From positions 1 to 49,489 of the forward strand of contig JAKBAE010000003.1 of the NCBI GenBank assembly GCA_021809325.1: a stretch of 49,489 bases of DNA, read 5' to 3'. The notes under the pieces are model-generated. The model saw only the letters and a program-made list of their open reading frames with translations. It was not told the DNA's origin and searched no databases. This document shows, one piece after another, positions 10,287 to 18,755 of this stretch. The position numbers were made by a program, and so were the translations under genes. How positions within the stretch are numbered: position 1 is the stretch's first letter; every line of letters starts with the position of its first letter. The DNA is from a bacterium. Lineage in GTDB: Bacteria; Chlamydiota; Chlamydiia; Chlamydiales; SM23-39.

Positions 10287-10721
10287 ATGTCCCTTCCGCC
10301 GCAGAAATTTCGTGAAATGGTTTTTCAAATGCTTTTTTGCTGTGAATTTTCAGGCAGCGAGGAGAAGGATGTCGCCGCTATGCTGATGCATGAGCTGAAA
10401 GTGACAAAAAAAATGGCGCTTTCGGCCTATGTTCGTGTAAGCCAAATTTTGGAAAAGCTGCCGGAGATCGATGCCAAGATCGCTATGGCGTCTTCTGAAT
10501 ATCAATTTGAGAGAATTTCTCGAATTGAAAAAAACATTTTGCGTCTGGGGCTTTTCGAGTTATTCTTTGATGAGAGCCTTCCTTGGAAGGTATCGATTGC
10601 GGAAGCGATCCGCCTCTGCCGTAAGTTTGGCACGCCGGAGAGTTCCCATTTTGTAAATGCGATCCTGGACTCCATCTATAAGGCGAGCTCTCTATGCACA
10701 TCCAGCGAGGCAAGCTCTTAA
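10287..10721 (+). CDS. nusB: Transcription antitermination factor NusB
   Basis: FREMVFQML, ERISRIEKNILRLG, EAIRLCRKFG...FVNAILD. Confidence 0.92.
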   Translation: MSLPPQKFREMVFQMLFCCEFSGSEEKDVAAMLMHELKVTKKMALSAYVRVSQILEKLPEIDAKIAMASSEYQFERISRIEKNILRLGLFELFFDESLPWKVSIAEAIRLCRKFGTPESSHFVNAILDSIYKASSLCTSSEASS

Positions 10722-11554
10722 GCGAACTTTCGACCTTTGGGATCGGCGGTCCTGCCAGGTACTATATTGAGGCGAAAGAACCCAATACTGCAAGAGAGGC
10801 AATGCAATGGGCCCTTTCTCAACAGATTCCCGTCTTCATCCTCGGCAAAGGATCAAACTCTCTTTTCGACGATCGGGGATATGACGGGTTGATCCTCCAT
10901 AACAAAATTGATTTTTGCGAAATTGCTCAAGACTCGGTATATGCCGGGGCAGGCTATAGCTTTTCGCTTCTTGGCGTGCAGACGGCAAGGAAGGGATTTT
11001 CCGGGCTCGAATTTGCTTCGGGCATTCCCGGGACAGTGGGAGGGGCCGTCTTCATGAACGCAGGGGCCAATGGGCAAGAGGTAAAAGACGCTTTGCTTGA
11101 GGCGCTCTACCTCGGGCTCGATGGGGAGGAAAGGCTCTTTTTAAGGAGCGATCTGGAGTTTTCTTATCGCTTTTCTTCATTCCAAAAATTGCGGGGTTGT
11201 ATTTTGGCTGCTCGATTCGAGCTAAAAGAGAATAAAGAGGCTAGACAGTCCCAATTGAAGATTGTTGAGTACCGCCTAAAAACGCAGCCCTATAAGGAAA
11301 AAAGCGCAGGATGCATCTTTCGCAATCCCTCTCCGAGTCTCTCTGCAGGAGCGCTGATTGAGCGCTGCGGTTTGAAAGGGTCCGTATTAGGCGGCGCACG
11401 CGTATCGGAGATGCATGCCAATTTCATTGTTAACGAAGCCAAAGCGAGCTGCACAGATGTGCTTGCCCTAATCCAAAAAATCCAAGAAACAGTGGCTGAA
11501 AAAAGCGGGGTCCGGCTCGAGCCGGAAGTGCGTAAGGTGCCTTTCGATGAGTGA
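10694..11554 (+). CDS. murB: UDP-N-acetylenolpyruvoylglucosamine reductase
   Basis: TFGIGGPA, GKGSN, GLEFASGIPGTVGGAVFMNAGA, SAGCIFRNP, HANFIVN, LEPEV. Confidence 0.96.
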   Translation: MHIQRGKLLSELSTFGIGGPARYYIEAKEPNTAREAMQWALSQQIPVFILGKGSNSLFDDRGYDGLILHNKIDFCEIAQDSVYAGAGYSFSLLGVQTARKGFSGLEFASGIPGTVGGAVFMNAGANGQEVKDALLEALYLGLDGEERLFLRSDLEFSYRFSSFQKLRGCILAARFELKENKEARQSQLKIVEYRLKTQPYKEKSAGCIFRNPSPSLSAGALIERCGLKGSVLGGARVSEMHANFIVNEAKASCTDVLALIQKIQETVAEKSGVRLEPEVRKVPFDE

Positions 11555-12362
11555 ATTTCGAGCTGATCTCCATTGCCATAGCAACTGTTCGGACGGGACG
11601 GACCATCCTTTGAAGCTTCTCGATCTAGCTAAAGAGGCGGGCCTCAGCGGTCTTTCGATTACAGATCATGATACGATCCAAGCCTATACGCCTGAGCTTT
11701 ATGCAAAAGCCAAAGAGCTGGGCATAACGCTTCTGATCGGGACGGAAATTTCGACTGAATTCCAGGGGCTGACCGTTCATATTCTCGCGTATGGCTTCGA
11801 TCATTCGCTGGGAGAGTTTCTTAAAGAAGCTTTAGATCGACGTAAAGATCGAAACCGGAAGATTTTGGCTAAGCTGAAAAAGAAAGGAATTGCGATTGAA
11901 GAAAGCGAATTGCCGACTTTCGGCCCTGAGCAGATCATCGGGCGCCCTCATATCGCCGCTGCTCTATTGAAAAAGGGGGAAGTCTCTTCGATTCAAGAAG
12001 CGTTTGAGCGCTATTTGCAAGATACAGCAAGCTGCTATGTGCCCGGTGGAAAGTTTACGCCGCTCGAAGCGATCCGGATGATCCAGGAGGCAAAGGGGAA
12101 AGCTGTGTTAGCCCATCCCCACTTCTTAAAAAAGGGGCGCTTTTTACGGGAAATTCTAGGCCATCCATTTGATGGGATAGAGTGCTATTATGGGCGGCTG
12201 CATAAAGCGCAAGAAGCTCCCTGGCTCAAAATTGCCCAGGAAAAGGGCTGGCTGATCACCGGCGGCTCAGACTATCACGGCTCTTTACGGCCCTACATCC
12301 ATCTGGGATGCTCCTGGGTTGGGGAAGCTGCTTTTCAGCGGCTTCTTGGGGATTTGTGTTAA
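11547..12362 (+). CDS. PHP-domain metal-dependent phosphoesterase (TrpH/YciV-like)
   Basis: DLHCHSNCSDG, ITDHDT, GRPHIA, LAHP, TGGSDYHG. Confidence 0.9.
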   Translation: MSEFRADLHCHSNCSDGTDHPLKLLDLAKEAGLSGLSITDHDTIQAYTPELYAKAKELGITLLIGTEISTEFQGLTVHILAYGFDHSLGEFLKEALDRRKDRNRKILAKLKKKGIAIEESELPTFGPEQIIGRPHIAAALLKKGEVSSIQEAFERYLQDTASCYVPGGKFTPLEAIRMIQEAKGKAVLAHPHFLKKGRFLREILGHPFDGIECYYGRLHKAQEAPWLKIAQEKGWLITGGSDYHGSLRPYIHLGCSWVGEAAFQRLLGDLC

Positions 12363-14275
12363 GGCTTAGCCAGGATCCTCGCAACCTGGAGCGCCCACCG
12401 AGCGTCTCGGGGATGCTCGTAAATCAATGCAATAGAAGAGTATCTCCCAAAAATCAGCTCTTCAGCGTACTCTTCAAGATCTTCCGGCTCCAGGCTATCT
12501 AGCTTCCCATTTAACTCAAAGACTACTTCTTGTTCTGAAGGGGAGTGCGCGGTAAAATCAAATGCGGGATGCTCGATTTGGACAGGAATGCACTCTATGC
12601 CTCCCGAAGAGAGAAGAACTCTCTCCTTTATTCGATAAAGAGGAGGGAGCTGCAAAGGCGATTTGCGTTTCTCCGGATCAAATTCTTGTTGAAAATAGGC
12701 GAGAGGTTTTGCCCGGTAGCAAAAATAATTTTCTTCTTCGCTATCTTGGGTCCAAGGGTCTTTCAATTTTAAGGTAATAGATGCTTGAATCTTGTTGAGT
12801 GCACGATCGTCCTCATAATCATACGAGACGAGTTTTATAGAGCCATAGAAGTCTTCGTAGAGGTCTTTTAGATCTTTAGCACACGCTTTCTTTCCTCTTT
12901 GCGAGATCTCATGACGAAACCAGTTTGCAAATTCTCCATAGTAATTTGAGTTGATCGTCATCGTTACGCTTTCACCGATTGTAAACGTGGTTGTCCTGTC
13001 CAAGTCGATCTCGGCTCGAAGCTCCGGGATGGTGGAGAGTTCTTGGGTCTCTTCAGAGAGCGCCAGCCCTTTTCGATAGGGCAAATAAGACTCTTTAAGC
13101 GAGCCTCCTTGATAAAGCATAGTAGGATCGACGTAAATCGGCTCTTCGGCCAAATCGATCCGGACAATGACATGGTTGAAGATTTGTTGAGGGAGAAAAT
13201 GGTCTATCCCATCCAGTTTTTTTATATGCACTAAGACAGGGGTCGAGGGAATGTCTAAAAGATGGAGAAAGGCGCGGAGAAGCTGAGTTTTCGCCTTGCA
13301 ATCTCCATAACGCCGTTTCAGCGTTTCATTTGGATTAGCCGGATTAAAGCCTCCGTCGCCAAGCGCAAGGGCAAGATAGCGAATCTCGTCTTGAACAAAA
13401 CGGAGCGCTTTGAGAGCGGCCTCTTCTTTACTCAAACTATTCTTTTCCCAATCCCGGATCAGGTCGAGCGCTTCGGGATTGAAATCAAAGGAGGGGTCCA
13501 ATTGATAAAACTGCAGCTTATCTTGTACAACATCATTCCAGGAAGTGGCTTCTGTGAATTGAATGGAAGGAGTGTCATAAAAACTTGCCGGTTGATTTGC
13601 TTCGGTTTTTTTGGCCGGGCAGGGCTCTTGTGTGACTTGGTATTCAGTCTCTGTCTCTTGTATAGCAAGTCCTTCAGGAGGGTTATAGAGAGTGCTATTA
13701 AAAGCGCTCTCCTTTGGCTTTACAATCCTAAGATGCAGTTTTTGCAGCTCTGTCTTCGATTGCAAAGGCAATCTGAACCCCCAGCGATCAAAGGGAAAGC
13801 CGACGATAGTATAGGAGTATTCGAGAAGGTCCCCTTCAGAAACGTCATCTAGAAAAATGAGCGCTTTCAGAGTGTCTGTGAAAATCCACCCGTCCCATTG
13901 ATCTTGGATTACATAGATTTGCGCATCTTCTAATCGGTCTAATCTGTTTCCGTTGCGGATGATCTCACAGCTATGGAGAATTAGCTTTTGATAGTTGGGG
14001 GTAAAGGGGATTTCCACGCTTCCGAAATGAACGGCATCGATCTGATGTTCGATCTTTCGTGCAATGTGGGAATAGATCGATTTGCTTTCGCAATCAAATT
14101 GGCAGTCTTCTAAAACATCCGGGCAGTCAGATAGCTCTTCAGGAAGAGAGGCCGGTTTGACCCAAAAGGGGATGGGTTCTTTTGTAATACAGTAGTCTGG
14201 CGCCGGGCGGATAAATCTTTCAGGCATCTGAGCATGATAGGCGGGAGGGGTTGCATCGAACATAGATTTCTCCAA
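12359..14275 (-). CDS. DUF3857 + transglutaminase-like domain protein
   Basis: ALRFVQDEIRY, RRYGDCKAKT (Cys), FNHVIV (His), YVDPT (Asp) catalytic triad. GDLLEYSYT DUF3857-type motif. Confidence 0.8.
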   Translation of the reverse strand: MEKSMFDATPPAYHAQMPERFIRPAPDYCITKEPIPFWVKPASLPEELSDCPDVLEDCQFDCESKSIYSHIARKIEHQIDAVHFGSVEIPFTPNYQKLILHSCEIIRNGNRLDRLEDAQIYVIQDQWDGWIFTDTLKALIFLDDVSEGDLLEYSYTIVGFPFDRWGFRLPLQSKTELQKLHLRIVKPKESAFNSTLYNPPEGLAIQETETEYQVTQEPCPAKKTEANQPASFYDTPSIQFTEATSWNDVVQDKLQFYQLDPSFDFNPEALDLIRDWEKNSLSKEEAALKALRFVQDEIRYLALALGDGGFNPANPNETLKRRYGDCKAKTQLLRAFLHLLDIPSTPVLVHIKKLDGIDHFLPQQIFNHVIVRIDLAEEPIYVDPTMLYQGGSLKESYLPYRKGLALSEETQELSTIPELRAEIDLDRTTTFTIGESVTMTINSNYYGEFANWFRHEISQRGKKACAKDLKDLYEDFYGSIKLVSYDYEDDRALNKIQASITLKLKDPWTQDSEEENYFCYRAKPLAYFQQEFDPEKRKSPLQLPPLYRIKERVLLSSGGIECIPVQIEHPAFDFTAHSPSEQEVVFELNGKLDSLEPEDLEEYAEELIFGRYSSIALIYEHPRDARWALQVARILAKP

Positions 14276-14309
14276 AATTGAGGAGAGATTCTAACTTTGG
14301 AGAATGTTT

Positions 14310-15677
14310 TTAGTCTTGTTCGATGTTGGGATGCGGCAGGATTTTGATCTTTTTGATCGAGCGCTCGTTGGAAGAGAGCACTTCGAGATCGAACTCGTCT
14401 TGCATGAGGCGCCAGCCCTTTGGCGGGATCGTGCCTGCGCGGTGGAATACATAGCCGCCGATTGTCTCATAATCAGGGTCGGGCGGAATGCGGACGCCGA
14501 TCTGCTCTTCTACGTCGTGGATGCTCATTTTCGCATCAACGACCCATCCGCCATTCGGCAAAGGCCAAAACTGCTGGTCGGCTGCAATGTCGTATTCGTC
14601 TTCAATCTCACCGACGAGCTCTTCTAAAATATCTTCAATGGTGACGATCCCTTCTGTTCCCCCATATTCATCGACGATGATTGCCATGTGGATTTGCTTG
14701 CTGCGAAACTCCTGCAGGAGATGGGCGATTTTTTTGTTTTCCGGGGCATAGAGGACAGGTTTTGCAATCGATTCAAGGGCCGACTTGCTGTCTTGGGCAG
14801 ACTCGGTATAGTACTTCAGCAAATCCTTATAGAGGACGACGCCGATGATCACATCGAGCGAGTCCCGGTAGATCGGGATGCGGCTATAGCCCTCTTGAGC
14901 AAAAAGCTTTGCTGCATCGTTGATCAACGTATCGGCAGGCAGGCTGAAGATATCGACGCGGGGCACCATGATCTCTTTGGCAACCCGTTCTTTGAAGTTG
15001 ATAAACGAGCCGATCATCTTCTGATCAAATGGATCGAGGTGGCGCTGCAGCTCCGATTCGCGGATCAGCTCTTTAATCTGCGCCCGGCTAGGGATGGCCA
15101 TCGCTTCCTGTTCGAGAGCTTCCGCTTTTTGCACGATCCCGCGAGTTGCATGGAGCAGGAGATAGACGATCGGAAAGACAATCACAAGATAAATCGAGGA
15201 TATGGAAGAGCAGACCTTCAAAGAGCTTTTTGGCCAAAGGCTGGCTGTCAGGCGGGCAGCAAAGGCGGTGAGCAAAGTAGTCAAAAGAAGGGCAGCTCCT
15301 GTTAAGAGAAAGAGCCGCCAGTCATGTGTAGAGGGGGCCTCTTCCAGCATTGCGCGGAAGTAGGGGACTAGGGTCGCGAGAAAAAAGAAGCCGCTTAAGG
15401 TAAAAAGAAGCTGATAGATGTTTTTGCTAAGCCCGATGGAGATGTGCAGAGTATCCCATTCATAGCGGGGAAAAAAGCGTCGGAGAATCGGTCTAAAGAA
15501 AAAACCGGACTTTCGGAGGGTCTCTTTTGATTTAATGCGGCCTAAACAGAGGATCGATGTGCTGAGCATGTTTAAAGAAAATATCCCGGCCAAAAAGAGG
15601 ATTGGAAGGACGAAGCTGTCAATCAGAAAATCGAAGATCATAAAGAAATCTGTAGGTCTTTTAGATGAGCCATACAC
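14310..15677 (-). CDS. Hemolysin-family CBS/CorC-HlyC domain protein (CT423-like)
   Basis: N-terminal TMs, EIMVPRVDI, GYSRIPIY, HMAIIVDEYGGTEGIVTIEDILEELVGEI, YETIGG. True start may be at MIFDFL. Confidence 0.88.
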   Translation of the reverse strand: MYGSSKRPTDFFMIFDFLIDSFVLPILFLAGIFSLNMLSTSILCLGRIKSKETLRKSGFFFRPILRRFFPRYEWDTLHISIGLSKNIYQLLFTLSGFFFLATLVPYFRAMLEEAPSTHDWRLFLLTGAALLLTTLLTAFAARLTASLWPKSSLKVCSSISSIYLVIVFPIVYLLLHATRGIVQKAEALEQEAMAIPSRAQIKELIRESELQRHLDPFDQKMIGSFINFKERVAKEIMVPRVDIFSLPADTLINDAAKLFAQEGYSRIPIYRDSLDVIIGVVLYKDLLKYYTESAQDSKSALESIAKPVLYAPENKKIAHLLQEFRSKQIHMAIIVDEYGGTEGIVTIEDILEELVGEIEDEYDIAADQQFWPLPNGGWVVDAKMSIHDVEEQIGVRIPPDPDYETIGGYVFHRAGTIPPKGWRLMQDEFDLEVLSSNERSIKKIKILPHPNIEQD

Positions 15678-16063
15678 GTTTTCTCTTTTTTTCGCATGGC
15701 TCTTCTTTTAATTGGGTCGAGATCGTCATATCCAAGAAGATGCAGAATCCCGTGGACAATGTAAAGAGCCGTCTCGGTTAAAGGGTCGCCTCCCCTTTTT
15801 AAGCAATAGTCGATAGCAGCTTGAGGGCAGACGAAGATCTCTCCAAGCGTTTCTTTATCAATCGGAAAGGTGATGCAGTCTGTTGGAGAGGGGTCGTCGA
15901 AGAATTCGGCGTGCAGCTCGGAAATCCGTTTCTTTGTGACAAAATGAATGAAAATCTCGTTATATTCTATATTTTCAGCTTGAAGTATAGTTTTAACGAG
16001 AGACTTTGCTCTCCGGATGGAGAGCTTCAAGTCTTTTTGGCGATTGAATACGACAACGTTCAT
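15638..16063 (-). CDS. ybeY: rRNA maturation endoribonuclease YbeY
   Basis: PTDCITFP, LGEIFVC, HGILHLLGYD zinc motif. Confidence 0.92.
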   Translation of the reverse strand: MNVVVFNRQKDLKLSIRRAKSLVKTILQAENIEYNEIFIHFVTKKRISELHAEFFDDPSPTDCITFPIDKETLGEIFVCPQAAIDYCLKRGGDPLTETALYIVHGILHLLGYDDLDPIKRRAMRKKEKTCMAHLKDLQISL

Positions 16064-16069
16064 ATTGAT

Positions 16070-16090
16070 GCCATTGGTTTGGCCAATGGC
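16070..16090. promoter_or_regulatory. Short hairpin between the PVC signature gene and the ybeY start
   Basis: gccattgg-tttgg-ccaatggc, a perfect 8-bp stem just upstream of the ybeY ATG. Confidence 0.4.
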
Positions 16091-16096
16091 GATTTT

Positions 16097-16255
16097 TTAG
16101 ACCGATGGAGTTTTGGGAAGACCTGTTACTTTCAGGTTTTTGCCGTCCACCCATCTGCCGAGTTTTTTCAGGACGTCGATGCGCTCATAGCGCTTCAGGA
16201 CATTGCGCTTTTGGGCGCCTTTGCTCGATTTGCCGTAGCTATTGTGTCTGGTCAT
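16097..16255 (-). CDS. PVC-superphylum signature small basic protein (CT421.2-like), 52 aa
   Basis: Not in ORF track. Hand translation MTRHNSYGKSSKGAQKRNVLKRYERIDVLKKLGRWVDGKNLKVTGLPKTPSV matches the RNVLKRxER...GLPK pattern of this family. Confidence 0.9.
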   Translation of the reverse strand: MTRHNSYGKSSKGAQKRNVLKRYERIDVLKKLGRWVDGKNLKVTGLPKTPSV

Positions 16256-16272
16256 AGTTGCATCCGATAGGG

Positions 16273-16440
16273 TTAGGAGATTTTGGGCACAAAGCGCAAT
16301 TCTACTTCGGCAGCAGTGTTTTCATGCAGCCGGTAGCCTTGTACAAGGTTATCTCGTTTTGATCCGGTTTTTTTTGATGGCATTTTGGGGCGGCGTCTTG
16401 AAACCGCTCTTCTTTCTGCCTGTTTGCTCATTCGGGTCAT
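16273..16440 (-). CDS. Small basic hypothetical protein (CT421.1-like), 55 aa
   Basis: Not in ORF track. MTRMSKQAERRAVSRRRPKMPSKKTGSKRDNLVQGYRLHENTAAEVELRFVPKIS, with a GGAG RBS upstream. Position matches chlamydial synteny. Confidence 0.7.
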   Translation of the reverse strand: MTRMSKQAERRAVSRRRPKMPSKKTGSKRDNLVQGYRLHENTAAEVELRFVPKIS

Positions 16441-16495
16441 GATGGGTACTCCATAGAAAATCAGGCCATTATTCTATGTATTCTTCCTATATCAA

Positions 16496-16930
16496 TCAAC
16501 AGGAAAGGTGGCTTTCAATGAGATATTTTGCTTGTTTATAGGCGTCGTAGCGCATCTGGGAAAGAATTTTTTTATTGGGCGAGGTAAGGTCTTCAAACTC
16601 ATAGATGGTACGGAAAGGCCCTTCGATCAGAAGGGGAGTTGGGCAGAGGTTGAAGGCATAGCGGGCTTGGTTTAAATTTTTTTTGACTTTGGTCAGGGCG
16701 ATCCTCTCTTCTGAAGGATGTTCCAAGATTGCGTGGGGAAGAAAGCTCTCCGGAGGGTGTTTCCAGAGCAGCTCATCGACATAGGTAAGGGCAGCATCTT
16801 CTTCGGCAACAATGAGGATGGGCTCATTGTGGCTAAAATGGCGTTGGACAATTTTAATGAGGCACGACGGTTTGTCTTGCGGCTTGGAAGTTTGGAAAAA
16901 GATGACGCGGGGCGTCTCATGGCTCTGCAT
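16496..16930 (-). CDS. holC: DNA polymerase III chi subunit
   Basis: VDELLW...ESFLPH motif and RYDAYKQAKY C-terminus. Start re-called at ATG 16930. Confidence 0.8.
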   Translation of the reverse strand: MQSHETPRVIFFQTSKPQDKPSCLIKIVQRHFSHNEPILIVAEEDAALTYVDELLWKHPPESFLPHAILEHPSEERIALTKVKKNLNQARYAFNLCPTPLLIEGPFRTIYEFEDLTSPNKKILSQMRYDAYKQAKYLIESHLSC

Positions 16931-17555
16931 GGTCCTCCGGGACAATGGCGCCGCAGGATACGAGATATTTGACCCCTTCTTCATTGGTCATGTCTATCTC
17001 GTGGATGTCCTTTTCAGGGACGAGGAAGAGAAATCCCGAGGTGGGGTGCGGCGCTGTGGGGGCAAAGACGGAGACAAGGGTCTCCTTTGTGTGTTTTTGG
17101 CACTCTTCGGGGACCTCTCCGGCAATGTATCCGATCGTGTAGTTCGGGACGGCCGGAAACGGCATCATGATTGGGCGTTTAAATACTTTTTTATCATCTT
17201 GGGCAAAGAGGGCGGAAAAGACATCGCGGCTCACATTAAAAATGGTCCTCACCACCGGAATGCGCGAGACGATTGTATTGGTCCAATGCAATAGGTTTCT
17301 TACGAGAAACCAGCGGGCGATGCAGCCGAGAAGCAAAACGAAGGCGCAAAGGAGCACTAGCGCGATCACCCGGGCGATGAATGTGCTCAGCCAGATGGGG
17401 AAGGTGAAGGCAATGTGTTTTTGCATGAGCTTGAGAAGCTCTGTGACGAGCGGGACAAAGGGTGTAGTGAAGAAATCGAAGAGAAATACGATGATGATCA
17501 AAGTAAGCACGCTAGGAAGGAGGATGATGAATCCGGTAAAAAAATACTTCTTCAC
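16917..17555 (-). CDS. DUF502 membrane protein
   Basis: KKYFFTGFIILLP, SRIPVVRTIF, VFAPTAPHPTSGF, EEGVKYLVSCG. Confidence 0.85.
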   Translation of the reverse strand: MKKYFFTGFIILLPSVLTLIIIVFLFDFFTTPFVPLVTELLKLMQKHIAFTFPIWLSTFIARVIALVLLCAFVLLLGCIARWFLVRNLLHWTNTIVSRIPVVRTIFNVSRDVFSALFAQDDKKVFKRPIMMPFPAVPNYTIGYIAGEVPEECQKHTKETLVSVFAPTAPHPTSGFLFLVPEKDIHEIDMTNEEGVKYLVSCGAIVPEDHAEP

Positions 17556-18178
17556 TCTGCTTTTCCTTCTTTGTTATGAGGCGGCGCGACGACTCCGCAA
17601 GATACGATGTATTTGATTGCTTCTTCCGTATGCATGTCGAGATAAATCAAGTCGGACTTGGGGCGCATGACGAGAAAGCCCGTTGTAGGGTTGGGTGTTG
17701 TGGGGATGTAAATAGTAACGAGATCTTCTTGCGTCGAAGCGGAGCAATTTTGAGGGGCATCTCTTGCGACAAGGCCGAGAACGAAGCACGCTTCATAGGG
17801 AAAGCGGAGCATGACGACGTGTTGAAAGCTCTTTTTTTCTCCGGAAAAGAGCGCCTGGATCAAATCTTTCGAGGTCTTGTAGATTTTATTGATGAGAGGG
17901 ATCTTATGCAGGATTTTGTCGCCGGCCTTGAGGAGGAGGTTGATGGCGAAGCGCCTGGCGAAAAAGCCAAGGCCCAGGACAAAAATAAAGAGGACGAGGA
18001 GGATGAGAAGCTGGCTGACTATACGGATTAAGTTTTCAGGGACATAAAGTGCCCTTAAAGAGTGGGTTGCAAGCCCGAGAAAGGGGCTTGTGAGAAAGTC
18101 GATGAGAAAACGGGCGAACCAAACCGAGATCGCTAAGGGGAGGAGCGTGACAAGTCCGGCTAAAAAATACTTCTTCAT
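17552..18178 (-). CDS. DUF502 membrane protein (tandem paralog)
   Basis: MKKYFLAGLVTLLP, KIPLINKIY, IYIPTTPNPTTGF, EEAIKYIVSCG. Start re-called at ATG 18178. Confidence 0.85.
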   Translation of the reverse strand: MKKYFLAGLVTLLPLAISVWFARFLIDFLTSPFLGLATHSLRALYVPENLIRIVSQLLILLVLFIFVLGLGFFARRFAINLLLKAGDKILHKIPLINKIYKTSKDLIQALFSGEKKSFQHVVMLRFPYEACFVLGLVARDAPQNCSASTQEDLVTIYIPTTPNPTTGFLVMRPKSDLIYLDMHTEEAIKYIVSCGVVAPPHNKEGKAE

Positions 18179-18185
18179 ATTCTTA

Positions 18186-18755
18186 TCATTGCTCAACGAG
18201 GCGGAAACGGTAAAGGAGTTTTGCATCTTCGCCGGCGTATTCGACCCCGATGCGTGGTGAGGCAACAATGGTTTGAGGGGAAGGAGCGCCGCAGATGAGA
18301 AGAGGCGGGGTGTCAAAAGGAAGATTATTGTGCGCGCAGGTGATCCCGAGGGCGGCTCCAGTGGCGCCGGGGCCGGCGGTTAAAGTTGGACCGAGCTTTT
18401 TTTTCTTTCGCCGCTTCAGCATCGTCTCAATGCCGTGGGTTGGGCGAAGGGCCCGGATGAGGACCGCATGCGGGATCCCCTCCTTGGCTGTCACAACATT
18501 GAGCAGGTAGTGGATGCCATAGCAAAGGTAGACGTAGGCAAAACCGGGCGGGCCGTACATTACTTCGTTTCTCTTTGTTCTACGGCCGCCAAATGCGTGG
18601 CTGGCCCTGTCTTCGATGCCGGCGTAGGCCTCGGTCTCGATGATCGTGCCGCCGGTGAGCTCGCCGAAACAGGTGAAGAGCTGCTTGCCGAGAAGCTCTT
18701 TGGCTAGAGAGACGACGTCTTGGCTCTCATAAAAAGAGCGGGGAAGGGAGTTCAT
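18186..18755 (-). CDS. mpg: DNA-3-methyladenine glycosylase (MPG/AAG family)
   Basis: IIETEAY, YVYLCYGIH, AVLIRA, GPG, SPRIGV. ATGA overlap with the rnr stop. Confidence 0.9.
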   Translation of the reverse strand: MNSLPRSFYESQDVVSLAKELLGKQLFTCFGELTGGTIIETEAYAGIEDRASHAFGGRRTKRNEVMYGPPGFAYVYLCYGIHYLLNVVTAKEGIPHAVLIRALRPTHGIETMLKRRKKKKLGPTLTAGPGATGAALGITCAHNNLPFDTPPLLICGAPSPQTIVASPRIGVEYAGEDAKLLYRFRLVEQ

